A DNA stretch of 64,000 nt. It comes from Takakia lepidozioides (lineage: Eukaryota > Plantae > Bryophyta). The stretch's first letter is position 1. Each line of letters starts with the position of its first letter. A model generated the notes under the pieces. It did not search any database, was not told the DNA's origin, and was given only the letters and a program-made list of their open reading frames with translations. The DNA lies in the NCBI GenBank assembly GCA_030704615.1, contig CM060732.1:16926001-16990000 (forward strand). The letters are read 5' to 3'. This document shows, in pieces, positions 51,597 through 63,454 of the stretch. A program made the position numbers and the translations under genes.

Positions 51597-52899
51597 GTCT
51601 TCATCACTCCGACTCTCTGCGCGCCCAAAATGGCCACAGCGTTGTTCGTGGACAGTACAACTCGATCCAGCTTGAATTCGTATACAAAGGACGGTCACAG
51701 TTTGGTACATAACACACAGAAAGAAGCTTTTAGGGCTTGTTGCTCTAAACGGACGGACGCTCAAGATTTCCACAGGTGGACGCTGAACCGTGCAATCTTT
51801 CTTCTTAAAAAACGAACAGTGAAGACAGGCCTCAACGACTGGAAGAGAGTGGTCCCTCATGAGAATTGAATCGAGATGCCTCAACAAATAAGCCCCCCAA
51901 GTTTGGGTGGGCCGTGTTCGTTGTTCATTCAAGAGTGGTCCAGGAATTAGAGTGGTCCAGGATTTGAAAAGGGGAGGTTATATAATAAGGCATATGTAGA
52001 GGAGTCCAAAAAAAGACGGCAGGAAGGCAACGTGTATTAAATCGAGGATGGTTCAGCCGCCAAATTTGGGTAAGGAGGTTTCTAAGGGTGACATGTGTCC
52101 CATAATGTTGGATTGCCAGAATATAGTTAAAAGTTCCATGATACATCTCCCACCCACCATCCCCCTGCGGACTACATTGAATAACAGTACCTATATCAAG
52201 CGATATTTCTACATCAATGTTTTGTGTTCAATTGATCTTCCATGCAAAAGACGGTTTACACTAGACATAGGGTGGGAGTTGAATGCGCGCATGTGAGAGC
52301 GTGGGCCCCACGGGAGCCGTCCTCCGGCGCGCTGCCGGAGTGTCCTTGTCAAATCCCCACCCTGCCTGGGCCCACCCACGTGTTGCCCCCTTCCCGCCAT
52401 GCCCCGCCCCCACAGCCACCAAGTAATAGAAGTGCCCGGGGAGTTGAATGCTCTGACACCCCCCCTCAGCGCCCTCACCCACGGCCCACCCGCCCCTCGC
52501 CGGGGCCACTCCCCCTCCGCGGTCGAGCGGTGAACTACATCAATACATCAATTGCCACACATGAATGAATGAACCCATGGATGCATGCTCGTACCCATGC
52601 TCATGCCCGGGATGAGATCTATGTATCATGGCATCCAATTGAATTCATGAGCATTTTTTACGAGATCTTCGCACGTGTGAAGAGTCTAATTGCAATCCTC
52701 TACGGCCACTCCAGCTCCACTTCTACCATGCCCCAGCAGCAATGGCCATGCCCGTTCATCATCGTCTTTGTCCTCGTCATCGCATCCTTTGGCGTGCTAC
52801 TTTGGGCCGTCGTCATTGTGGTTGGCATCTTCTCGAACGCCCTGTATTCACAAGTTCTACAACCGAACACTGTAAGAACCCACTGCCATCATCTCCGCT

Positions 52900-54830
52900 T
52901 GTTTCAGTTTTGATATACATGGTGGAGCATCGATTGGAATAGCAGCAAGAGGGGGAGGTGCAGCGCCAGCTTCTCCCACGGTTCGTTTTCACTCCATGCC
53001 CATGTATTCTTTGTTTTACGGTGCTTTTGGGCTTGGAAGTGCTGCGCGTGGTAACCCCATTCCAGTTTTTGTGCCTTTTGCAGACCTAATTAGGTCATCA
53101 CAATGGTGAAGAAGAGCACAATGGTTGAGAATAGGAAGCAGTACCATGAGGAATATGACACCGACGATTGGAACGACCTCATTTGTGAGGCCCACGCGAA
53201 GGCACGCATTCAAGAGCCTGGTGATCACCACCGCAAACCATTTAAATGTATTTACTGTCACATAATTTTCAAAGATAAGAAAAAACTGAATGTCCACAGG
53301 ATTAATGGTTGTCCTGAAGTTGACAGGAATCTAAAGATATACCCTGTTTTTTAAGCTGGCCAGAGAATGGTTATGGAACAAGTTCTCATTGACAGGGGTC
53401 ACATGCCCAAACGAAAACATGGCAATGTCCCCAGGGATTCAGTGCATGATGCAGGCGCTCCAATGATTAAGCACAGGCGTTTGCATTTGCCCTCACAAAA
53501 GATGGAGAAATCGGCATCGCAACAGCCTGCACCGCCCACGCAGGCTACACGCACTCAGTGAGCGAGCAAGCAAGGTACCGGAGGACATCACTACACTAGA
53601 TAGCCAAACTGAGTCGGACGAAGTATTCCAAGATGAGGGTGGCGCGGTGCACAAACCAGTAGTCTCGCCCTCCAGCCCTCCTTGCCCTCCTCCACAGGTT
53701 TGTGCATATCCTCACAGCAAAGGAGAAGCCCTCAAACTCTTCAAAGAAGAGTCATTGCAATTGAAGTCTTTTGTTCCTATCCCTCCAAGGCCGAAGTCTG
53801 TGCCAGCTTCTGCATTTTGGTTTTTGAAGGATTTCAACTTGTTTCCGGATGGTTTTCCTGACTTGGACGACCCCACTTTCATAGAAGAGTTCAGCACTAT
53901 TATCGGAAGTGACGGCATGAAATTTAAATAGTTGCTTGCGAAAGCATATGGGGACTGGTTTCTGGAGCGTCAGGTACCTAACTTCACCTGCCGTTTTCTG
54001 TCCCTCCTCCTTTTCCTATTACATTTACCTCACACTCTCCCTATCTATCATGTATTTCAGCTGTCGGTGCAACGTCCGTGATGTATTTGAATTATACATA
54101 TTTCTGCTGATTGCACATGTCATGTTTGAAGGTTGATGCCCCAGGGGGATGAATCTGCAGCAGTCATGAAGACCATGTCTGCATTCTCCGAGAAATAGAT
54201 GAGCATATCTGTTTTGCATGGCGAGGTTTCAAGTCTACTGCAGTAGCATTCGTATGTGCTTGACATGGATAAGTATGACAAACAATATCTTGCAGCACAT
54301 GAAGATTTAAGACAATTGAGGGAGACATTTGTGAAAACAAATTGGAGGCTTGGGAAGAGAGGAGGCACCATGAGAAAGAGATTAAAAATTGGGGTTCGTC
54401 TCCTCTATAGGTGATACTCATTACTGAGCGTATGGATTGTTTGAAGACTGATCGATGGACTCATTCACAGGAGGAATGCAACTATCTCATGAATGTGTTG
54501 GCGGAGGGTAGGCGAGTTGCAGACACAGATGGGCAACCCACATCCCCAGTGATCATGAGGTTGATACGCATTATGTGGATGACCCAGATCGACGTGAACT
54601 TGCATGTTTCAACCGTGTTCGACAATTGTTTGCCAAGCATGCTTGACATTCTCACAGGTACTGAAGGTGGGCACATGTATGTTCGAACCTCTGCCCGTGC
54701 ACTGCTAAGTGTTGGATATCTCATATTCGTCAATATGCCAGACCCCATGAATGCGAAGGCAGAGCTGGACGAAGATGTCGCAGCTCTCACTGGACATTGC
54801 GAAATCAAACGAAGCCGTGGCCCTTTATGA
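52900..54830 (+). pseudogene. Decayed spliced gene of unknown family with a C2HC zinc finger, probably TE-borne
   Basis: Colinear coding-like pieces broken by single stops: PFKCIYCHIIFKDKKKLNVHRINGC, FVPIPPRPK..FWFLKDFNLFP..FIEEF. Intron-like segments near 52981-53082 and 53974-54131. Confidence 0.45.
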
Positions 54831-55393
54831 GGTTATTTTTTTCCTCATTCATCCAGTATATATATATATATATAGAACTGAGGGGTGGAGCCTTACTCTT
54901 TTTTTTGGAGGGTCATGGTTTTCGTGACTCAAACCATGACTCAAAGTGGGACAGGCACAAATAAGTCATGGATATCCCTAAAAAAGGCGGGTATATGACT
55001 TAACGACTCCGTAAAGTTTGGAATTCCAGTCAACGTGGTTTGACCAAAGTAGAGTAGTGTTCATAAGTCACATGTATGCCTTTAAAGGGTAGCGAAGCTG
55101 ACTTTAGAGATTTTAGAGCGTGTCAAATGCCGTTGATTATGGATAGTGTCCAGGTGTAGTCGTCTGCATGACTCTTACATGGTGTCCCAATTAGTGATAG
55201 ATATTATTTAGTATTATCTAGTCTATACTAAAACTAGTCTCTGACTTTCAAGTCAATTTCTAATTCCTACCGGCAAAGCAGAGTTCACGACTCCACTTCA
55301 CAAGGTGATTTGCGTTTTCCTAGTCCTACGGTTTGTTTATGATTTTTTATATTTAATGCCCTCCAAATCTTACTTATTGAACTATGACCTACA

Positions 55394-56891
55394 TGTCTGA
55401 GCTCCCAACCCGCTTATAGCCGAGACGAATCTTCCAGTCCCTTCACAAAACGAATCCCGAGCTCAGGGAGACGGGGACCCTTTGTCTCCCGCCCAATGCC
55501 CCTCCGATCCTAGGGTGGTTGAATTCACCTCTGAGGAAGGGCCCGGATCCGCTCCATCAAGCCGGTGTTTCCGCTTGGGGCGATCCAAATAAATTCAGCT
55601 TTGAGGGTCAAATCCTAACCTCCCGGTAAAGAATATCAAACCGGACTATAGACTTTCCGAGATCCGGAGAAATCAACGGCGAAAAACGCTTGGCCCAAGC
55701 CCCTTCCACAACCGGGTATCTGCTTTCAAATAACCTCGGCGGACGGGGACAACACCTCTCTTAAAACTCAGTTTTAAGGATAATCAAGGGCGGGTTTTTT
55801 GCCTAATAAACAATTACAGGAAATACCAACAAACAATGAAGAAATCCAAAAAATGCAGAAAAATACTATGGGTAGGGAATCCCACCAGGATCCTAGAACT
55901 ACCCGAATTACCTCCAGGGTACCAGATGATCCCCCTGGGAACGCGCCCTCTCTCTGGGGGCACTGGGGGCACTGGGGAACCACTCTCCGCCTTGGGAGCG
56001 CCCCTAATTCCTATGCACAACCAACTCAATAATCCATTAGCAACTTAAGCCATTCAACAGGCCAACATGAATGAAATCCCACTTATCAGTTCTTCAACCG
56101 CCTTCCACCTTGGTGCATAAACAATGATTAAACATCCTATGGGTCCCAGGGTCCATTCCTTGGACCTCTTTCCACGACTTCCTATATAATCTGATTAATT
56201 TATGCGAACAGCCAGCCTAGAACGAATTTAAAATATGTCATCTTCTACCTTTTGAAACCCCTACCAAGGATCCTTCTCTCCCTGTCTCTGAGCCATCTCT
56301 CGCTGCCCCTAGCAACCACCCGTAAGCTGTACTCTCTCAAGCCCCGGGATACATATCAAGCTAATGGCTTCAATCAGGCCTACCTAATGGTACCATATTC
56401 TTTATCCTAGGCGGAAATACATCTCCCCCCCAATGCAAGAAGGAACATCATGAATAGTGCGCATAAATCAGAGTTTTAAGGAGACTACCCCCTTTTAAAT
56501 ACTCGGGCCAGGGACTAGCGGTCCCTGGCGGAGTCCGTCGCTTTATCCCGCGGGTAAAATGGAAATCCCGCGGCCCGCGCCACGCGGCCCTGACGCTACG
56601 GCCCGCCGTCGGCGCGGGTCCGTGGGTAATAGCAGGCCTCACGTCCCTGCCGCTCGTGTCGTGCCCTACGCGGCCCAGCTATGGCGGCCTGGTGCTGCCA
56701 CGCAGTGTACCAGCCCCGTACTTTGGGCTCCAGGGGTCAACTCTTCCCACGGGCAGGGGCCGCAGCCCCCGCGTTAGCTGCGCCTTGCCATGGCGATTCT
56801 AGGCAGCCTTAAGGGTTGACCTCCTGGCTATGTGCGCCTTAAGCGCCGTTACTTTAATGATGGGCACGGCCCTTTTTGGCAGCCCTCTACA
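55394..56891 (-). mobile_element. Probable solo or remnant LTR
   Basis: Minus strand reads TGTAGAGGGC...GAGCTCAGACA (TG..CA), with a TATTTAAAAGGGG TATA-like box near 56501-56489. Non-coding. No clean TSD, PBS or PPT. Confidence 0.45.
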
Positions 56892-56989
56892 AAATAGCTT
56901 AACCACTTATATAGATAGTTAACCTTGCCTCCCATGGTCCTCCATGGCCTGGGGGCTTATCTTACTTGTAAATGAACATAATATCATGG

Positions 56990-58006
56990 AATTTTTGGCG
57001 ATAGCTTCGCCGTCTCATGCAATATTGCCGTTACTTCTAATCTGAAAATGGAAAAATTGACAAGAGCTTCGCTGTCTCGTACAAGATTACCATCACCTTA
57101 ACTAGGAAAGGAAATCTACCCTCACTTCCATGACAACATTGGGTTAGACTCCTCTCTAGGCCCTATCTCTTGGGCTCATCCCCTGTGCTTCAACACACAT
57201 ATCCATACAAGGACTCAAAGACCTTCTCTTTGCAAGAGGGTTAGTTTTCATCAATTTTCTAGCAACCAATGCCACAAGGTCCCTTCTTGGGAAAGCTTGA
57301 ACAATACATGAAACAATTGAATTCAAAGGTCAAGATAGCATGGTGAGTCACCGTCTCAAACAAGTGTTGGAGCTCAGGATGCACTAACGCTCGATAGAAT
57401 GGTACTCAAATCTGGTCCTCCTCTGGCTTCCTACTGGTCCTCAAGTCTCCCACTTCATGGAGCGCTCCCTCTACTTCTTGTCTCACATGGCCTCAAGGCC
57501 TTGAGCTAGGATTATCCTGCTCTCAACAATGCTTGCTTTACTACTACTAGAGAATGACAAGCCCCACCTTCTAGGATCTAGCTCCCTCAAGCTCAAAACT
57601 AACTACACAAGCAAGAGGCCAAAGCAAAGAAATGAGTCTAGATGGAGGAACAATAGGAGCTTGCTCTCCTTTTATGGTGTTTTTGGGGCCTCTTAAACTA
57701 GTGAAGAATAGTCTTAAACTATTATTTCTTAAAGGACTTTATCATTTAAAAACAATAGAATGAAATAAACTAATAACTTGGATGGAAAATCCTTGAGGTA
57801 AATGATAAATGTATTTTTTCATCCATCATTGGATGGCTAGTTGGCGCTAGGTTGTCTTTTCATCCGTCCAATTTCCAGGTCGAAATCCTCCATTTTCATC
57901 CATTGGATGAGATAGAAATCCAATTAATCGGTCTTTGTGAGCGCCTTCGGCTTGATAATTTGATGTCATTGCTTATCACCTCCATAAATCACCAAACTTG
58001 GTGACA
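56990..58006 (-). mobile_element. Second probable LTR remnant (different family)
   Basis: Minus strand starts TGTCACCAAGTTTGGTGA at 58006. AT-rich U3-like part with repeated GGATG/CATCC motifs. The other end is undefined. Confidence 0.35.
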
Positions 58007-58920
58007 AATTATAATTCAATATCCCATAGCTGCTTGAAAATTCTCAGAGTGATCAGAAATGAAAAGATGAACCATCTGTCGGTTTTCGTGGTTTCGCTAT
58101 ACGGGAAGTCTATCGCTTCTTTTGAAAATAAAATACCGAAGGTGGCTCTGGGGACTTTGGTCCTGCCACTGGGTTCCAAGTTGTCCGGAGTTCCCTTGAA
58201 CTATCTTGCATCACTAACAAGCCCATGCTTCTCTTGTGAAGTCATCATGATTTGTTGTCATTCTAATGCAGCAACCTGCTCTTTGCGATATTTCATCGCT
58301 ATACACTATTCCTACCAATTGCCAAGTATGTTCTCATGTGAGTCTACTGGACTTGAGAGAAGGGAGAATAGAAGGATCGCAATCCGTATCCAAATGCTCG
58401 CCTTGCAATGTTGTCGCTCCTGGTAGTGGTCAGTTCGCCTAACCCGCTGTCGATGCAACTTCCTACAGTCATCTTGACGCCTAGAATCTCTGTCTATGGT
58501 CGTCTCGGACGCAATCTGGGGGCCAGAGTTCTTCTCCATGGTCACCTCCTAGACTCAACTAATCCTACGTGCTTCGCCGCCAATTCCCAAGTAACTAGCA
58601 AAACGCCTTGCTTTGGCAGTACAATATTGAAACTGCCTGTCAAAAGATAAAAAACGACCCGAAAAGAAACTTGTACCAATATATGCATCTACAACATGTT
58701 TTTTGTTTCTCTATGCATTTGCCCATGAACCTCATAGTTCTATGTATTGCAATTCTCACTTTGTGCAATGATGTGTAGGCGAGGAATATATATTCGAAGA
58801 TGCCGACCTGCATGAAGCGACCACGTTGCCCGCAACGCATTGTAGAATCTGTGGCAAATTATCTGCGCAGTGGACAGGAAGAAATATTGTGCTAATCAGG
58901 CTACATCTGTTCGTGCGCAT

Positions 58921-59649
58921 TGTCGCGGCCCTTTGCCTTGAGGGCAGGGGGTCGAGACGCAGAGGGGTTGCCCCTGTGGTGGGGGCGGTGGCAGCAATAG
59001 GTAGGGGGGGGGGGGGCTGAAGCACCCTTGAGTGCCCAAGGCACTCAAGGAGGCGGAGGCGCTCACTAGGTGAGCCCCGCACACCGGGTTGCGGTGGGGG
59101 GGGTCCACAAGGGGTGGTGGTAGCTTAGTGGGACTTAGTGGGGGTGGCATAGGACTCACCATGGGGCGGAGACCTTGTGGTGGGAGTCGTGGGGAGTCTT
59201 GGGACTCATCACGGTCCAAATGGGGCCGTGGTGGGTGGGCCAAGACTCACCGCGACTATCACCGGGAGTCGAGGGTCTTCGTGGTGGTTCGTCAAAAAAT
59301 GGCAGGGTTGTTTGTGAAACCCCCGCGGACAGTCACAGAAGTATATATAGGGAGTAGTAACCTCGACAATGGTGCAAGCCCGTTGATGACCAAAAACTAG
59401 TGAGTAAGCGGGCGAGCCGGAAAACGATCAAGGAGTGGGGAGCTATTCTGGACTGCCATCTACCAAACGGAATTTTACTAGGCCCAAATTGGTGGAGGGT
59501 CTTTTGGAAGAGTAAAGGGGGGACCGTTATGTCCTGGTGAGCAGCCGAAGCTCCAAGTTGGCCCGGCGGCCAGTTTGGGAGTTAGGCGCGCGCATCAAAG
59601 CGAGTAACTATGACTTGAAGGGGAGCTTACTGAAATGAGGTGCGCGACA
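58921..59649 (+). mobile_element. 5' LTR (729 bp) of a Ty3/Gypsy element
   Basis: Starts TGTCGCG and ends CGCGACA (terminal inverted repeat). TATA-like TATATATAG near 59342. Followed by a PBS. Confidence 0.9.
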
Positions 59650-59651
59650 CT

Positions 59652-59663
59652 TGGTATCAGAGC
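59652..59663 (+). promoter_or_regulatory. Primer binding site complementary to initiator tRNA-Met
   Basis: TGGTATCAGAGC, 2 nt after the LTR end. Confidence 0.92.
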
Positions 59664-59704
59664 TTAGAGTCCAGTACGCAATCGTCCTTGGGATCGGCCT
59701 CATC

Positions 59705-59759
59705 ATGGAGTCGGGCAAGCGAAAGCGGAACGGCCCGAAAGATGATGATTCTGGTGAGC

Positions 59760-59822
<63 letters not shown>

Positions 59823-61420
59823 TAATAAACTTCTCGCAACGTCGCCGGTGGTCACCAAAGCGGCCATTTGAGGAAGCGATGCATGCTTTTGAAAACGAGG
59901 CCACTCAAGAACGGGAGGAATCTAAGGAGTCAGAGCCCGAGGAATTCTTGAGAGCTCCGACAGACCAACAGATGCCTCCCATGCCAGCAGCCTTTTTGGG
60001 AAGGGTTGTTGGCGCAGTTTGGCGGGACGTTGAAAGACGTGTTGAAGGCGGCTAATGCCACTTCCACTAAGACAAAGTTTAAGGTGAAGCCTAAGGAACC
60101 CGGCACCTTCGAGGGTGTCCGAAATCGGAAGACACTCAACACCTGACTCTTGGAGCTAGAGCAGTACTTCCGGGCGGCCAAGTTGAGTGACAAGGATCGG
60201 GTGGAAGTGGCTCCCACCTATTTGAGGGGCTATGCTCAACAATGGTGGCAGAAACGCCTTCACGACCGAGGTCCAAACCTGGAAACCTTGAACTGGAGTG
60301 GGTTAAAGGAACTTATGAAGAGACAGTTTGTGCCCCTCAACGCGTCCTGGCTCGTCCGGGACAAGATGAGGAATTTGAAGCAAACGGATGACATTCGGGG
60401 ATATGTTCAAGTTTTCAATGTACAGTTGCTCGAAGTCGCGGACATGGCAAAACCATAAATGATCTTCAACTTTGTGGCGGGACTGGCCCCATGGGCCAGG
60501 CGGAAGTTGGAGGAGAAGCCACCTAAGACTTTGAATGAGGCAATTGAGAGGGCTGAATGTTTCTCGGATGTCCCTAGGGGCAAAAGACAAGGCTGTACGG
60601 AGCTGAACCACAAGAAGGCCGGCGGGGAGGGTGACTCCTTCCGACCGGAAAAGAAATGGGATAGGCCACGCGGCGACAATGGCACGTGGAAATCGAAGGG
60701 AGGGCCTTCACACGTCAAGGCGACACCGCTGCTCCAAAAGAAAAAGCAGGTGCAGCGGCTTATGGCGGACAGAAGGCGACCTTCGATGGAGTGTGCTTCA
60801 ATTGCGGGGAGCCCGGACACATGGCCAAGAAGTGCACGAAACCGACTCGGGCGGCCACGGAGCTGTCCGAAGATTCAATCAGCCGCTTGGTGGAGGCGGT
60901 GGTTGCCAAGACTTGCAAGATAGGCAAGTACTCTTGTGAGTTATATCAGGAAACTGGCGCCTTGCGTAAAGGAAGTCAGTTAATGTTCGTGGATGGGATA
61001 ATTTCCGGAACTAACGTGTCGTTGTTGGTGGACACAGGAGCGTCGCACTCCTTCATGACACTAGCAACGGCACGAAAGCTGGGGCTCCCGACAAGTGACG
61101 TGGGGGCCTCTATTGAGGTGCATTCTGCCAAAGGAGAACCACAATTGGCGACGAGGTTAACGTTCGATGTTCCTCTTCAACTGGGGAATTGGGAGGGATG
61201 TGAGAACTTCACCATCTGCGAGATCGATGGAGTGGATCTCATTTTGGGGATGACCTTTTTGAGCAAATCCGGAGCGGTCATAGATGGCCGCAAGAGAGTA
61301 GTCACGCTGCCGTGTGGGAATGATGGCGAAGTTTTACGAGTGTCGGAAACGCCCAAACCCGTGGGAGGGCGAATAAACCTTCTGTCAGAAAAGGAGTGGG
61401 CCGTAAATGAGCCAGGGTGA
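59705..61420 (+). pseudogene. Ty3/Gypsy gag and aspartic protease, disrupted; no RT, RNase H or integrase follows
   Basis: ATG at 59705. KPKEPGTFEG..W(stop)LLELEQYF, YLRGYAQQWW, LKQTDDIRGYV, zinc knuckle CFNCGEPGHMAKKC, protease LLVDTGASHSF and DLILGMTFL. Contains stops and frameshifts. Confidence 0.9.
59760..59851 (-). rRNA. 92-bp fragment of the 3' end of nuclear 18S rRNA (non-functional, embedded in the retroelement)
   Basis: Reverse complement CCACCGGCGACGTTGCGAGAAGTTTATTAAACCTTATCATTTAGAGGAAGGAGAAGTCGTAACAAGGTTTCCGTAGGTGAACCTGCGGAAGG contains the universal SSU 3' sequence (helices 44/45; ITS1 primer site) in plant-type context. Confidence 0.95.
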
Positions 61421-61497
61421 ATGCAGGGTTGACTGGACCAAAATGGACGTTACCAACATATTTTTAGATGACTGCAATTGATGGTGTCATCAATTGA

Positions 61498-61736
61498 ATG
61501 GTGAGTCATATGTCACCCCCACTAAGTCCCACTAAGCTACCACCACCCCTCGTGGAACCACCCCCACCGCAACCCGGTGTGCGGGGTTCCACCTAGTGAG
61601 TGCCTCCGCCTACTTGAGTTCCTTGGGCACTCAAGGGTGCTTCAGCCCCCGTATCTATTGTTGCCACTGCCCCCACCACAGGGGCAGCCCCTTTTGTGTC
61701 CCGACCCCCCTGCCCTCAAGGCGAAGAGCCGCGACA
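61498..61736 (-). mobile_element. Inverted partial LTR (first ~240 bp of the same LTR family)
   Basis: Reverse complement aligns with 58921-59162 from TGTCGCGG to GACTCACCAT, with scattered substitutions and indels. Confidence 0.92.
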
Positions 61737-62739
61737 CTCTCTGCCATGCAAATGATTTTACTTCACTGTTATACTCCTCCAGTTAATCCAATCGAAGACT
61801 TTCTATCTTCATTTCCTTAATCTGCTCAAGATGCCGCCATTCATCAAAGATCCAGAGGAGGGCTCCTAGGGAATCGTCATAAGCATGCAGGTGGTACCTT
61901 CGCCATCACTGCCGCGGTTTCTTGTGCAGCAAAAAAACAGACAACTGAGACAGTGAATCTTCCCTCATCTCTAAGCCACCGCCATCGCCTTGAAGAGCCC
62001 GCCTAGGCGGCGCTCACATGAGCCATAAACACTCAAGGATTGGCAGCTCAAGGTATCTGCAGCACGAGCACCATCGCTCCTCACAAGCCGCCATCGCGCG
62101 CGCTCTCGCAGCGCAAAAAGAAAGACATTAGGGTTGCGCAGGGTTTTCCCCTGACTGGCCCGTCATTCATCCTTCTCAGGATGAAAAACATCTGCCAGTC
62201 TGTCCGCCCGACGGACGTTGTTTGTTTCTCATTTGCGGAGGATGAAAGACATCGTGCTTTCATCCTGTCGATCAGGAATGCGAGACCATGGAATGACAGC
62301 TACTTCAATGGACATCTGCTTCCCTTTTCCCTGTGAAACCTGGCGTATCCAACGGAGGTTTGTGTGGTTGAAACTTGGTTGAAAAGTTCGTCTGTGTGCA
62401 GCTGTAGGATGCATTTCAAATGAGATACCAAATGCTGCAAATGACAGAGTTCTCTCGTCTCGTCTTTCAAACCATTTTCCAATGCGGCATTGCGTTCCTC
62501 GTCCAACACCTTTGTGGCAGAACACGCCATTAGCAGCAACAGTACAACCAGTACTGTACAAATCGCAGAACACACACGGGCAACGCAACGCAGCCCCGGG
62601 GACCGCACGACGTCTGTGCACCTGGTAAAAATGGCGCGCGATGATGGAGTTACACGTGAGGTTTTGATGTCACCCAGTCGTATAACCCATGTTTGAATTG
62701 AAAATTCTGACACCTCTCGGAGCCCGCCAATTTTTCCCA

Positions 62740-63260
62740 CCACGATGGGGTTACAGACTCGGGTTATACGACGTAGGGTTACATGCGTTGAGGATCTATG
62801 ATCCGGGGTGACACGATATAGGGGTGACACAATAGGGGGTTACACGTCGGGGGTTACAGAGGGTGACTCAGCACATGGGGCGGGGTTACACGGTGAGGGC
62901 TACATGGGGCAGGGTTACAGGGGCTGACCTTCATGGGGTTACATGGGGTTACATGGGGTGTCACGAGATGGGGTTACACATCGGGGATTACATCCGATTT
63001 TTGGGTCGGTGAGGGCTATATGGGGCGAGGGTTACATAAAGATGGAATTACATGAGGCAGAGTTACAGGGGCTGACTTGTGGCGGGTTACATGGGGTGTC
63101 ACGAGATGGGGTTGCAGGGAATTGGTGGGCTGGTGGGCTGGGGGTTACACGTCGGGGTTACAGAGGGTGACTCGGCACATGGGGTGGGGTTACACGGTGA
63201 GGGTTATATGATGCGGGGTTACATGGGACGGGGTTACAAGGAAGATGGGGTTACAAGGAA
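62740..63260. repeat. G-rich GGGGTTACA repeat array with higher-order duplications
   Basis: More than 15 GGGTTACA-like units. Longer blocks repeat at about 62836-62910 / 63141-63210 and 62946-62976 / 63085-63113. Confidence 0.85.
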
Positions 63261-63454
63261 CTGATGGGCTGGTAGAACCGGCGGACTGGTGTCGACGACA
63301 CCGATTGGATGAGAGCGGGGGTGGGGAGGATTTGACCGAGCCCCGGCGGCTGCCTTTCGAAGGCTGTCGGAGGCGGAAAACCGGCAGTACGGGGTGTCAG
63401 GCCCGGAAGGTCTGACGCGCTCGCATTAAGTTCTTACATTACCGTCCTTGGACG

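Noticed and set aside
51597-51932. Further 112-codon N-terminal extension of NLP3
   Set aside because: The ORF call begins at TTG in promoter-like sequence (site II TGGGCC near 51908). Upstream ATGs cannot be excluded, but nothing supports translation.
55215-55240. Helitron 5' end (TCTATACTAAAA)
   Set aside because: No matching 3' hairpin plus CTAG end and no RepHel remnants found.
59760-59851. Functional rRNA gene or rDNA array
   Set aside because: Only 92 bp, with no further 18S, ITS1 or 5.8S sequence on either side.
58921-61736. DIRS-type retroelement with inverted terminal repeats
   Set aside because: It has a tRNA-Met PBS, TG..CA LTR and aspartic protease typical of Ty3/Gypsy, and no tyrosine recombinase.
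62740-63260. Interstitial telomere
   Set aside because: The unit differs from TTTAGGG and is irregularly spaced.
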